From Burkholderiales bacterium (GTDB taxonomy: Bacteria > Pseudomonadota > Gammaproteobacteria > Burkholderiales > SG8-41): DNA of 40,512 bases. The notes under the pieces are model-generated. The model did not search any database, was not told where the DNA came from, and saw only the letters and a list, made by a program, of their open reading frames with translations. The position numbers were made by a program, and so were the translations under genes. The DNA lies in assembly GCA_040081205.1 (NCBI GenBank), contig JBEBHE010000003.1, forward strand, positions 1-40,512, written 5' to 3'. Below are positions 9,864 through 19,698 of the stretch, piece by piece (the first letter of the stretch is position 1; each line of letters begins with the position of its first letter).

Positions 9864-10052
9864 TTGAAACTTTTTTTCTGGCGCAAAGTCAAAGCGGCAA
9901 ATGCGAGAAAGATTATTTTCGTGGTCTCGCACAACCAGTGGATAGCACCGGATTATCGGTGGCTTCGTCAGCCCGTTTGATGCGCGTCAAGCATCGCCGT
10001 AGCACCGCAGTATCAAAACCGGACAAATCTCCTGAAAGCCGGTGGCCGCAAG
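9864..10052 (+). repeat. Structured direct repeat, copy 2 (core 9944-10052)
   Basis: Matches copy 1; the last 39 nt are identical and similarity ends abruptly after GGCCGCAAG. Confidence 0.95.
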
Positions 10053-10435
10053 GTCTGGAGGTATTGGTAAGAAATGCCCCTCGCGTATTTTCGCGTTTGG
10101 CACAAGCAGCACGTTAAGTCAGACTTACCCGCATGTAGATTTGCGCATGCGGGCACTACGTTAAGTTGGCAGTCTGCCCGCGCCTCTCCGGTACGGGCAT
10201 CCGTAAGCACCGCTTGGTACCACGTTAGCGGCACCCCATCGCACCCAGCGCCAGCAGCTGGCGGAGTCGATCGCCTTCGATCGTCCGTTCGCTGCGCCAG
10301 GGTTCCACGTCAAGTTGCGCCAGTCATCTGGGCCAGCGCGCGTCGTAACTAGATAGCGCCAGCTGCTAGTGACGACGCGCGGAATCTCTGCGTCATCAAG
10401 CATTTAAGTAGTGGTTTTTGTAATGACCGTCAGTA

Positions 10436-10735
10436 GTGATAGGCCGTTCTGGCCCATCACATCGTAAGGAACCGTGCAATGCGGTTCGTCCCAGCCCTCC
10501 TATGGGCGTCTAGTACCGCGCCTCCCTGGCGCAACCCGTGAGTCCGGGTAATGACTCAGCGATGGTCAGCAACTCCAACAGGAGGCGCCATCGATGCCAA
10601 TGCCGTGTCGGGCAGGCAAGCAGCAAAACAACGACACAAACCGGGAGTGGTGTCCCGAGGTCCCTCGTAGCGCTCCCATGCCAAGGCATGGAGCCGGACA
10701 GTAACACTTACCTGACAAGCGTTACACACCGACAC
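10436..10735 (+). ncRNA. Putative structured RNA/leader upstream of Integrase_1-type recombinase
   Basis: At least 9 consecutive hairpins read by eye, some with plus-strand G-U pairs; no credible ORF; no family recognised. Confidence 0.45.
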
Positions 10736-10755
10736 AATTTGACGAAAGGAATGCA

Positions 10756-11622
10756 ATGAAGGACCTGAACTACGAACTGAAATTGCTGTGCCAGCGTAAC
10801 CGCGACGGCAGCTACGCCACGCAACATGCGCGGGAGGACATCCTGACCCAGATCGCGAATCAGCTGCATGCACAGGGGTTCAAGGACATGAAGGCGACCA
10901 GCTTAAAGCCCAAGCACGTGACCTCGCTGGTGGAGCACTGGAAATCGCAATCACTGTCTGCTGGGACGATCAAGAACCGGATGACGGTGCTGCGATGGTG
11001 GGCGGAGAAAGTAAACAAGGAGAATGTAATGGCGCAGGACAACGATAACTACGGTATCGCAAGACGAACATACGTCACTAACCTCAATCAGTCCCGGAGC
11101 CTTACAGCCGGTGATTTAGCCAAAGTGACTGATCCGTACACTCAGCTATCACTGAAACTGCAGGCCGCGTTCGGCCTGCGGCGCGAAGAATCCATCAAGA
11201 TCCGTCCGGAATGGGCAGACGGGAGTGACCGGATCACGCTTCAGGCAAGCTGGACCAAAGGCGGTCGGGAACGGGAAATCCCCATCCGAAATGAACAGCA
11301 GCGAAACGTGCTGAACGAAGCCAAGCAACTGGCGGGCAAGGGAAGTCTGATCCCTTCAGACAGAACTTATGTTCAGCAACTGCAACGCTTCAAGTCGCAG
11401 TGCCAAACCGCCGGCATCTGGCATGTGCATGGCCACCGCCATCATTACGCACAAGACCGATACCGGGAACTGACCGGCTGGCTTTGCCCAGCACAGGGCG
11501 GGCCTACGTCCAAGCAATTGTCGCTGGAACAGAAGTGCCTGGATCATAAGGCGCGACTCACCATCAGTAAGGAGCTAGGGCACGGGCGCGTGAACATCGT
11601 ATCGGTCTATTGCGGCAAATAA
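10756..11622 (+). CDS. Tyrosine recombinase, Phage_int_SAM_2 + Integrase_1 type
   Basis: N-terminus 'NRDGSYATQ...LKPKHV...GTIKNRMTVLRWW'; catalytic R (FGLRREES), K (TKGGRER), HxxR (HGHRH), H (LGHGR), Y (VSVYCG); RBS AAAGGA. Confidence 0.9.
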   Translation: MKDLNYELKLLCQRNRDGSYATQHAREDILTQIANQLHAQGFKDMKATSLKPKHVTSLVEHWKSQSLSAGTIKNRMTVLRWWAEKVNKENVMAQDNDNYGIARRTYVTNLNQSRSLTAGDLAKVTDPYTQLSLKLQAAFGLRREESIKIRPEWADGSDRITLQASWTKGGREREIPIRNEQQRNVLNEAKQLAGKGSLIPSDRTYVQQLQRFKSQCQTAGIWHVHGHRHHYAQDRYRELTGWLCPAQGGPTSKQLSLEQKCLDHKARLTISKELGHGRVNIVSVYCGK

Positions 11623-11808
11623 AAAATCGTCCTGTTTAACTGTAAATACTATTTACACGCGAAGTCGATGCGATACCAGCAAGCGGAAGGTACTGGAGCG
11701 TTTTCCACGGTGGCGGGCGGGCGGCGCCCTACTCGCACGCAAAGCCCGGCGCGGTGGGAAACGCCAACTATTACGCGCGATGTGGGAATTCCAAGTCACC
11801 TGTGAAGT

Positions 11809-12153
11809 ATGAACACCGACCCTGAAAGCGACGAGCGCTTGCCCCTGCCAGTGCGCCGCTGCCTGACCAAGGAACAGGCGGCGGATTACTTGGGCATCGG
11901 CGTAACGCTACTACTTCAGTCGGGGCCACCGGCAATCAAGATTGGCCGGCGTTCGATTTGGGATGTCATTGACTTGGATGCGTGGCTGGAAGAATATAAG
12001 GGCCGAGGGCGGGCCAGAAAGGAGACTTTATGGCCCGTGAAAGCGGACTCTACCGGCGGCGAGACTCGCGCTACTGGTGGATCGATGTTGCATTACCGAA
12101 CGGCCGACGCTTATGCCAAAGTACTCGGACTGAAGACCGAAAAGAAGCGCTAG
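11809..12153 (+). CDS. Excisionase/AlpA-like HTH protein
   Basis: 'LTKEQAADYLGIG...IKIGRRSIWDVIDLDAWLE' pattern; overlaps the integrase start by 124 bp. Confidence 0.7.
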   Translation: MNTDPESDERLPLPVRRCLTKEQAADYLGIGVTLLLQSGPPAIKIGRRSIWDVIDLDAWLEEYKGRGRARKETLWPVKADSTGGETRATGGSMLHYRTADAYAKVLGLKTEKKR

Positions 12154-13094
12154 CCTTAATTGCCAAGCTCAAAAGCGAAGCATTCAGGCAAGCGCATTTT
12201 GGCGTAAAGCCCAAGCGTTCATGGCAGGAAGCCGTAGTCCGGTATCTCGAAGTAAAGGCCTCGCTTAGAAGCATTGGAGATGTAAAACGTATCTGCCGAA
12301 TCCTTGATCCAGTACTCGGTAAAAAGTACTTAAACGATATCGACGGGGATATGGTTTGGCAGGTATGTGAGCGGTTGTTACGCCGGGGAATTAAACCGGC
12401 CACTGTGAATCGCTATCTTGCAACCATCCGCGGCATTCTGCGGATGGCACGGGATGAATGGCAGTGGATCGACAACCATCCCAAAATCCGATTGCTTCCG
12501 GGTGAGGTGGAGCGTGACCGATGGCTTACGAGAGATGAGGCAGCCCGCTTGATCGCGGCCTGTCCTGCTCACTTGGCAGCCATCGTGCGCTTCGCCCTGG
12601 CGACAGGGTGCCGCGCTTCGGAGATTACCGGGTTGGAATGGCGTCGGGTGGATTTGGATCGCCACACGGCATGGCTAGACCATACCAAGAATGGCACGCC
12701 GAGAGGCGTCCCGTTGAATCGAGATGCGGTTGCCGTCTTGGAAGCGGAGCAAGGCAAGCATCCGGTTTATTGCTTCACCTATCGAGGCGCGCATTTTTCC
12801 GGCGCAGTGGGTAACTCGGCATGGTATGAAGCGGTAAAACGGGCGGAGCTTGGAAACTTCCGATTTCACGATTTGCGGCACACTTGGGCCTCATGGCATC
12901 GTCAGTCGGGAACATCGACGGATGAGCTAAAAGACTTGGGCGGCTGGAAGTCGCGTGTGATGGTGGATCGTTACGCCAAGTTTGCCACTGAGCATTTAGC
13001 GGTGGCGGCAGCCCGGATTGAATCGGGCCTGTCGGGCGCAAACGTAGGAAATGTTCTACGTTTTCCCTACGGTGGTGAAATGAAGTTAGGCTGA
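12030..13094 (+). CDS. Phage-type tyrosine integrase (island integrase)
   Basis: TGCRASEI, TKNG, FHDLRHTWAS, GGWKS, RYA; RBS AGGAG; adjacent to the tRNA 3' end. Confidence 0.95.
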   Translation: MARESGLYRRRDSRYWWIDVALPNGRRLCQSTRTEDRKEALALIAKLKSEAFRQAHFGVKPKRSWQEAVVRYLEVKASLRSIGDVKRICRILDPVLGKKYLNDIDGDMVWQVCERLLRRGIKPATVNRYLATIRGILRMARDEWQWIDNHPKIRLLPGEVERDRWLTRDEAARLIAACPAHLAAIVRFALATGCRASEITGLEWRRVDLDRHTAWLDHTKNGTPRGVPLNRDAVAVLEAEQGKHPVYCFTYRGAHFSGAVGNSAWYEAVKRAELGNFRFHDLRHTWASWHRQSGTSTDELKDLGGWKSRVMVDRYAKFATEHLAVAAARIESGLSGANVGNVLRFPYGGEMKLG

Positions 13095-13119
13095 GAGTGC
13101 GCTAACTATCTGAATTTGT

Positions 13120-13195
13120 TGGTGGCCAAGGGCGGAATTGAACCACCGACACACGGATTTTCAGTCCGCTGCTCTACCAACTGAGCTACTTGGCC
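13120..13195 (-). tRNA. tRNA-Phe (GAA)
   Basis: GGCCAAGTAGCTCAGTTGGTAGAGCAGCGGACTGAAAATCCGTGTGTCGGTGGTTCAATTCCGCCCTTGGCCACCA: 76 nt cloverleaf, GAA anticodon, encoded CCA. Confidence 0.98.
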
Positions 13196-13216
13196 CCTTA
13201 CTTCAGGAAGCGCGCT

Positions 13217-13244
13217 ATTTTATCGTACAGCGCGAGTAGCGCAA
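13217..13244 (-). promoter_or_regulatory. Sigma70 promoter of tRNA-Phe
   Basis: TTGCGC-N16-TAAAAT followed by a GC-rich discriminator (AGCGCGC). Confidence 0.55.
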
Positions 13245-13279
13245 ACCCTTGATTTACAAACAGTGTTGATGCGACAAGC

Positions 13280-13313
13280 AAAAAGAAACCCCGCGGAGCG
13301 GGGTTTCTTTTTT
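13280..13313 (-). terminator. Rho-independent terminator of groEL (bidirectional shape)
   Basis: AAAAAGAAACCCCGC-GGA-GCGGGGTTTCTTTTTT. Confidence 0.9.
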
Positions 13314-13392
13314 AGGGAGAGGAGGTAACGGAGGGAACCGTAGGTTCTCTCTGTTCGTAACATCCCCCGCAGGGAATGTAATCGCGCAGCGA

Positions 13393-15063
<1,671 letters not shown>

Positions 15064-15071
15064 TCAGCGGC

Positions 15072-15362
15072 TTACTTTTCAACCACGCCCATGATGTCTT
15101 CTTCGCGCATCACCAGCAGCTCGTCGCCGTCAACTTTGACGGTTTGGCCGGAGTATTTGCCGAAGAGCACACGGTCGCCGACTTTGACGTCGAGCGGAAT
15201 CAATTTGCCGTCATCGCCACGCTTGCCTGTACCAATGGCTTTGACTTCGCCTTGATCAGGTTTCTCTGCGGCGGTGTCGGGGATCACGATACCGGAAGCG
15301 GTTTTGCGTTCCTCTTCCAGCCGCTTCACGATAATACGGTCGTGCAACGGACGAATTTTCAT
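15072..15362 (-). CDS. groS: Co-chaperonin GroES
   Basis: [14 protein letters not shown]...[13 protein letters not shown]; RBS AGGAGA. Confidence 0.99.
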   Translation of the reverse strand: MKIRPLHDRIIVKRLEEERKTASGIVIPDTAAEKPDQGEVKAIGTGKRGDDGKLIPLDVKVGDRVLFGKYSGQTVKVDGDELLVMREEDIMGVVEK

Positions 15363-15446
15363 AAACTTTCTCCTGTTGAATTTTTGACGGAATCTTCGGA
15401 GCGGCGGCGGGCGACCATCGTGTAATGGCACACTGCCGGAGACTTG

Positions 15447-15473
15447 TTAGCACTCAACCCCGATGAGTGCTAA
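15447..15473. promoter_or_regulatory. CIRCE element (HrcA operator)
   Basis: Exact TTAGCACTC-N9-GAGTGCTAA upstream of groES; a possible sigma32 -35 (TTGAAA, minus strand) at 15495-15500. Confidence 0.95.
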
Positions 15474-15581
15474 TGTAATGCCGTACCGCAGCAATTTCAA
15501 TAGGTTTGTACTTAAAAACAGGGGGTTGGCCAGTAATCCGCTGGGCCGTCTGGTTTACCTATTTAAGCTAAGTATTTGTTT

Positions 15582-15962
15582 TTATTGTATTTTTATGGCA
15601 AGCACTGGCTGCACAGAAGTGCTTGCGGATGTGCGGATCAGCTCTACGCCATCCACTGTCATTTTCCAGCGTCCCGCATCCTCACGCGGCGGCCTGGACA
15701 CCACAAAAGTGGTAGTCCACAACCCCACGCCAACCACAAAGTTATCGCCCTCAAATTTTTTCAGCGGCGCTGTAATCGAGGTTTTGACGCCGCCCTTTAA
15801 GCGCCGGTAATCCACGCTGCCATCCTGCGTAATCAGCAAACTCATACCCGGCGCGTTCCATTGTCCGACGTATGCGGATTTCTCCGGCGGCACTGGATTC
15901 GCGCAGGCCGCAAGCAGCAACATCGCCGTTACCAACATCGCCAGCACATTCCGGTTTTTCAT
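15582..15962 (-). CDS. Putative lipoprotein
   Basis: MKNRNVLAMLVTAMLLLAAC lipobox signal. Confidence 0.8.
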   Translation of the reverse strand: MKNRNVLAMLVTAMLLLAACANPVPPEKSAYVGQWNAPGMSLLITQDGSVDYRRLKGGVKTSITAPLKKFEGDNFVVGVGLWTTTFVVSRPPREDAGRWKMTVDGVELIRTSASTSVQPVLAIKIQ

Positions 15963-16050
15963 CGTCACTCTCGGCGCAATGGCGCGCAAGTGCATAGCAT
16001 GCAACGGCCGCACTAAAACAAACCATCGCCTATGTAATGATCCAGCGTGA

Positions 16051-16701
16051 TCAGGTCGCCTCGGCAAACCGCTCCGTGCGTGGCCCCGGCACACCAAAAC
16101 GATACACCGTTTGCCGCTTGCCGTCGCAGCTCGGCGGGATCGGATTGAGAGGGCACGGTCCGGCGCGGCGGCCTTCCGTCGATAAGGTGGCATCTTCTGC
16201 CACGTCGCCCCAGATACCGCCGCTCACCGGGCGAAACAGCCACATTAAATAACCTTTCGCCGCCGCGAGCCTTAACAGCTCATCGGCATCCGGCGCATCA
16301 CTCACCACCAGCTGCTGTCCGTTAACGCCATACGGAAACGCGCCAAACGCCTGCCTGCATTCCAGCGGCTCGGAATCACGCGCGCCGGGACGTGAACACG
16401 CCGGGCGCTCGGCGCGGGACACATCCCACGCGCCCATTTTCCATGCCGCATCGAGCGCGGCCTGATCCACCGCAACCAGATCGCCCCAGCGCTCATTCAC
16501 CTGCAAAGCGGAGCTTGGAATCGGCGTAAACGCCACCGGCTGCGCGCCTTCTATGTCAGCGAGTTTCTCTCGAATGAAACCATGCCAGTGCAGTGTGAGT
16601 ATCACGGGGGTATCGGGGCACGGCACTGCCGCCAGCGTAACGCCCACCAGCGGCAGGTGCGTGGCAGCAATCTGGTCTTCGATGCGTTCAAGCAATTCCA
16701 T
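16051..16701 (-). CDS. Conserved hypothetical protein
   Basis: 216-aa ORF with strong RBS (AAGGAG) and host-like codon usage; no GGDEF or other motif seen. Confidence 0.75.
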   Translation of the reverse strand: MELLERIEDQIAATHLPLVGVTLAAVPCPDTPVILTLHWHGFIREKLADIEGAQPVAFTPIPSSALQVNERWGDLVAVDQAALDAAWKMGAWDVSRAERPACSRPGARDSEPLECRQAFGAFPYGVNGQQLVVSDAPDADELLRLAAAKGYLMWLFRPVSGGIWGDVAEDATLSTEGRRAGPCPLNPIPPSCDGKRQTVYRFGVPGPRTERFAEAT

Positions 16702-16932
16702 GATCGACTATCTCCTTTTCAACAATGAAGCGGTGATAAACTCGAAAGCGAAAATGCAAAACACGTGCCATGTAAGAAACAACAACGGCAATACGCAGGA
16801 AAAGTTAACCGCCGCGCCGTCAGGATGGCAGTGCTTTTGTAACCAGGTGTTGCCCGTGAGCAGTCAAACGTATGAGTGAAGTTTCGATTTCTCCTGAGCG
16901 TTTGCGAAAGTTTTAGTACATCCACACCCAGA

Positions 16933-18273
16933 ATGCAAACCAGCACTCGCAATAGTCTGCTGCTAAACCGCAGCCTTGCCGCCGTGTGGCACCCCTGCAC
17001 CCAAATGAAGCAACACCCGTCGCTGCCGCTCATTCCCGTGGCACGCGCAGCGGGATGCTGGCTGTACGACTTCGACGGTAACCGCTACCTCGACGCGGTA
17101 AGTTCATGGTGGGTCAACCTGTTCGGCCACGGCAACGCGCACATCAACGCCGCGCTGCGCGATCAGCTCGACACGCTGGAACACGCGATGCTCGCGGGTT
17201 TTACCCACGAGCCGGTGATTGAACTGTCGGAGCGTTTGTCCGAGCTTACCGGCAGCAAACTCGGCCACTGTTTTTACGGCAGCGACGGCGCATCGGCCAT
17301 CGAGATTGCGCTCAAGATGAGTTTTCATTATTGGCGCAACAGCGGCGAGCCGGCAAAAACTGATTTCGTCAGCCTCAAAGGCAGTTACCACGGCGAAACA
17401 CTGGGGGCGTTGTCGGTCACCGACGTGGCATTGTTCAAAGACACCTACGCACCGTTGCTGCGCGCAAGCACGCAAGTGCAAAGCCCCGACTGGCGTTTGG
17501 CCGACGCGGGCGAATCGCCGCGCGATTACGCGTTGCGCGCCGCGCGCGATCTGGAAAAGCATCTGGAGCAACATCATGCGACGACGGCTGCGCTGATTGT
17601 CGAACCGCTCGTGCAGGGCGCCACCGGCATGGCGATGTACCACGCCGCATACTTGAGCGAGGCACGCGCGCTGTGCGATCGCTACCGGGTGCATCTCATT
17701 GCTGATGAAATCATGACCGGCTTTGGGCGCACCGGCACTTTTTTTGCGTATGCGCAGGCCGCCGTTTCGTCACAGTTCGCGCCGGATTTTTTGTGTCTGT
17801 CAAAAGGCATCACCGGCGGCTATCTGCCGCTGTCGGTGGTGATGACGCGCGATGAAATCTATCAGGCGTTCTACGACGACAGCGTCACGCGCGGATTCCT
17901 GCATTCGCATTCCTACACCGGCAACGCGCTGGCGTGCCGTGCCGCTTTGGCAACGCTGGAAATATTTGAACAAAAACAAATACTTAATTCAAATCGCGTA
18001 CTGAGCGATGCCATCACTCATGCCGCGCTGGGCATCGCCAGCCATCCGCGCGTTAAACACTTTCGCAACACCGGCATGATCTGGGCGTTCGACGTTGAAA
18101 CCAGCGACCCTTCGTTCGCGCGCAACTTTTATCAGCGTGCGCTTTCCAAAGAACTGTTGTTACGCCCGATTGGCAACACGGTCTATTTCATGCCGCCCTA
18201 TGTGATTAACGAGGAAGAAATCGCGCTGCTCACCGGTCGTACGCTGGAAATTATCGATACCCTTAGCGCATGA
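16933..18273 (+). CDS. bioA: Adenosylmethionine-8-amino-7-oxononanoate aminotransferase
   Basis: VWHPCTQM, DAVSSWW, YHGET, ADEIMTGFGRTG, SKGITGG, HSHSYTGN, LRPIG. Confidence 0.95.
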   Translation: MQTSTRNSLLLNRSLAAVWHPCTQMKQHPSLPLIPVARAAGCWLYDFDGNRYLDAVSSWWVNLFGHGNAHINAALRDQLDTLEHAMLAGFTHEPVIELSERLSELTGSKLGHCFYGSDGASAIEIALKMSFHYWRNSGEPAKTDFVSLKGSYHGETLGALSVTDVALFKDTYAPLLRASTQVQSPDWRLADAGESPRDYALRAARDLEKHLEQHHATTAALIVEPLVQGATGMAMYHAAYLSEARALCDRYRVHLIADEIMTGFGRTGTFFAYAQAAVSSQFAPDFLCLSKGITGGYLPLSVVMTRDEIYQAFYDDSVTRGFLHSHSYTGNALACRAALATLEIFEQKQILNSNRVLSDAITHAALGIASHPRVKHFRNTGMIWAFDVETSDPSFARNFYQRALSKELLLRPIGNTVYFMPPYVINEEEIALLTGRTLEIIDTLSA

Positions 18274-19676
18274 AACTCTATTTTCATGGCGGCGTGCAGG
18301 GCGTGACCGGTTCCTGTCATCGCGTTGAAACCGGCAGCACGCAGTTTTTGGTCGATTGCGGCATGTTTCAGGGCGGACGCGAAGCCGACGGCAAAAATCA
18401 CCAGCCGTTTGCGTTCAACCCGCGCGATATCGAGTTCGTACTGCTCACGCACGCACACATCGATCACTCCGGGTTGTTGCCGCGCCTCGTCGCCGAAGGT
18501 TTTACCGGCCCGATTTACGCCACCGCCGCGACCTGCGATTTGCTGGAAGTGATGCTGCTCGACAGCGCGCACATACAGGAGAAAGAGGCAGAGTGGCGCA
18601 AGGCGTCCCGGCAGGGGCGCGCACGCGACAGCAAGCCCATCTACACTGCGCGCGACGCGCAACGCACGTTGCAACAACTGCGCGTGGTCGCCTACGGCGA
18701 GGAAATTCACCCGCACCCGGCACTGCGCTGCATTTATCGCGACGCCGGACACATCCTCGGTTCCGCCATTATCGAAGCGTGGATCACCGAAGCGGGTCAC
18801 GCAAGTAAGCGTTCCATCAAAGGCGTGTTCTCCGGCGACATCGGCCAACCCGCGCGTCCGCTGGTGCGCGACCCGACGCCGATTACCGAAGCGGATTTTC
18901 TGCTGGTCGAATCGACCTACGGCAACCGGCTGCATCGCTCGATGGAAGACACGCTGCTTGAACTCGAACACGCCATCACTGACACGCTGCAACGCAAACA
19001 CGGCAATGTCATTGTGCCTGCGTTCGCCGTCGGCCGCGCGCAGGAAATGCTGTACCTGCTGGCCGATCTGCATCGCAAAAAGCGTCTGCCGCCGATGAAA
19101 ATTTACGTCGATTCGCCGCTGGCGATGAAAGCTACCGAAATCACGCTGCGTCACATGGCGATCCTCGATCCGGATACCGCCGACGTGATGAACTGGACAA
19201 ACACGCACCGCAGCGGCATGCAGGTTCAGTTCGTGCAGGACGCTGAGGAATCCCTGCGGCTGCACGAAATCAAACACGGCGCCATTATTATTTCTGCCAG
19301 CGGCATGTGCGACGCCGGCCGCATCAAGCATCATCTGCGTTACAACCTCGGCCGAAAAGAAAGCACCATACTCATCACCGGCTTTCAGGCGGCAGGCACG
19401 CTGGGACGGCGCATCGTCGATGGCGCGAAAGAAGTGCGCATTTTCGGTGTGCCGGTTCCAGTGCGCGCGGATATTTACACTATCGGCGGCCTGTCGGCGC
19501 ACGCGGATCAAAGCGGCCTGGTCAATTGGCTGTCGCATTTCAAGCGTGCGCCGGCGCATACGTTTATCGTGCATGGCGAGCCTGAAACAGCAGACATTTT
19601 CGCCGGCGTCGTTCGCGACAAACTTCATTGGAACGGCGTGGTCGTCCCAACCCTCGGTAGCGACGTTAGTTTATAA
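18270..19676 (+). CDS. MBL-fold metallohydrolase, beta-CASP RNA-processing family
   Basis: VTGSCH, THAHIDHSG, AGHILGS, SGD, ESTYG, AFAVGR, SAHAD, VHGE. Confidence 0.95.
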   Translation: MKLYFHGGVQGVTGSCHRVETGSTQFLVDCGMFQGGREADGKNHQPFAFNPRDIEFVLLTHAHIDHSGLLPRLVAEGFTGPIYATAATCDLLEVMLLDSAHIQEKEAEWRKASRQGRARDSKPIYTARDAQRTLQQLRVVAYGEEIHPHPALRCIYRDAGHILGSAIIEAWITEAGHASKRSIKGVFSGDIGQPARPLVRDPTPITEADFLLVESTYGNRLHRSMEDTLLELEHAITDTLQRKHGNVIVPAFAVGRAQEMLYLLADLHRKKRLPPMKIYVDSPLAMKATEITLRHMAILDPDTADVMNWTNTHRSGMQVQFVQDAEESLRLHEIKHGAIIISASGMCDAGRIKHHLRYNLGRKESTILITGFQAAGTLGRRIVDGAKEVRIFGVPVPVRADIYTIGGLSAHADQSGLVNWLSHFKRAPAHTFIVHGEPETADIFAGVVRDKLHWNGVVVPTLGSDVSL

Positions 19677-19698
19677 CCGCCACACAGCAACGGCAGCC

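Larger units (their letters stand above)
1..13120. mobile_element. Genomic island (right part) integrated at the tRNA-Phe 3' end; left boundary outside window
   Basis: Tyrosine integrase ends 25 bp from the CCA end of tRNA-Phe. Xis-like HTH, a second recombinase, a TA pair and accessory cargo lie to the left; housekeeping genes resume right of the tRNA. No second copy of the tRNA 3' end seen in the window. Confidence 0.85.

Noticed and set aside
9944-9975. Hammerhead ribozyme on the minus strand (CUGACGA followed by a hairpin)
   Set aside because: The required GAAA after stem II is absent in both copies.
1561-10052. Repeat pair as a CRISPR array
   Set aside because: Only two copies, >100 bp long and 8.4 kb apart; no spacers or cas genes.
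10033-10060. Group II intron domain V (GAAAGCCGG...GCAA loop)
   Set aside because: No AC bulge or complementary 3' arm, no domain VI, no RT gene.
10161-10403. ORF with VVTSSWR resembling a HAD_SAK_2 motif
   Set aside because: No DxDGV motif, no RBS, atypical composition; the motif falls inside a DNA hairpin.
10756-11622. Classical integron integrase IntI
   Set aside because: N-terminus and catalytic-box context are Integrase_1-like; no IntI-specific insertion and no convincing attC array.
11725-11764. c-di-GMP-I riboswitch (ACGCAAAGCC)
   Set aside because: Lacks the GGCAAAC, GNRA-capped P2 and tetraloop receptor.
16051-16701. Diguanylate cyclase label for this hypothetical protein
   Set aside because: No GGDEF/GGEEF motif in the sequence.
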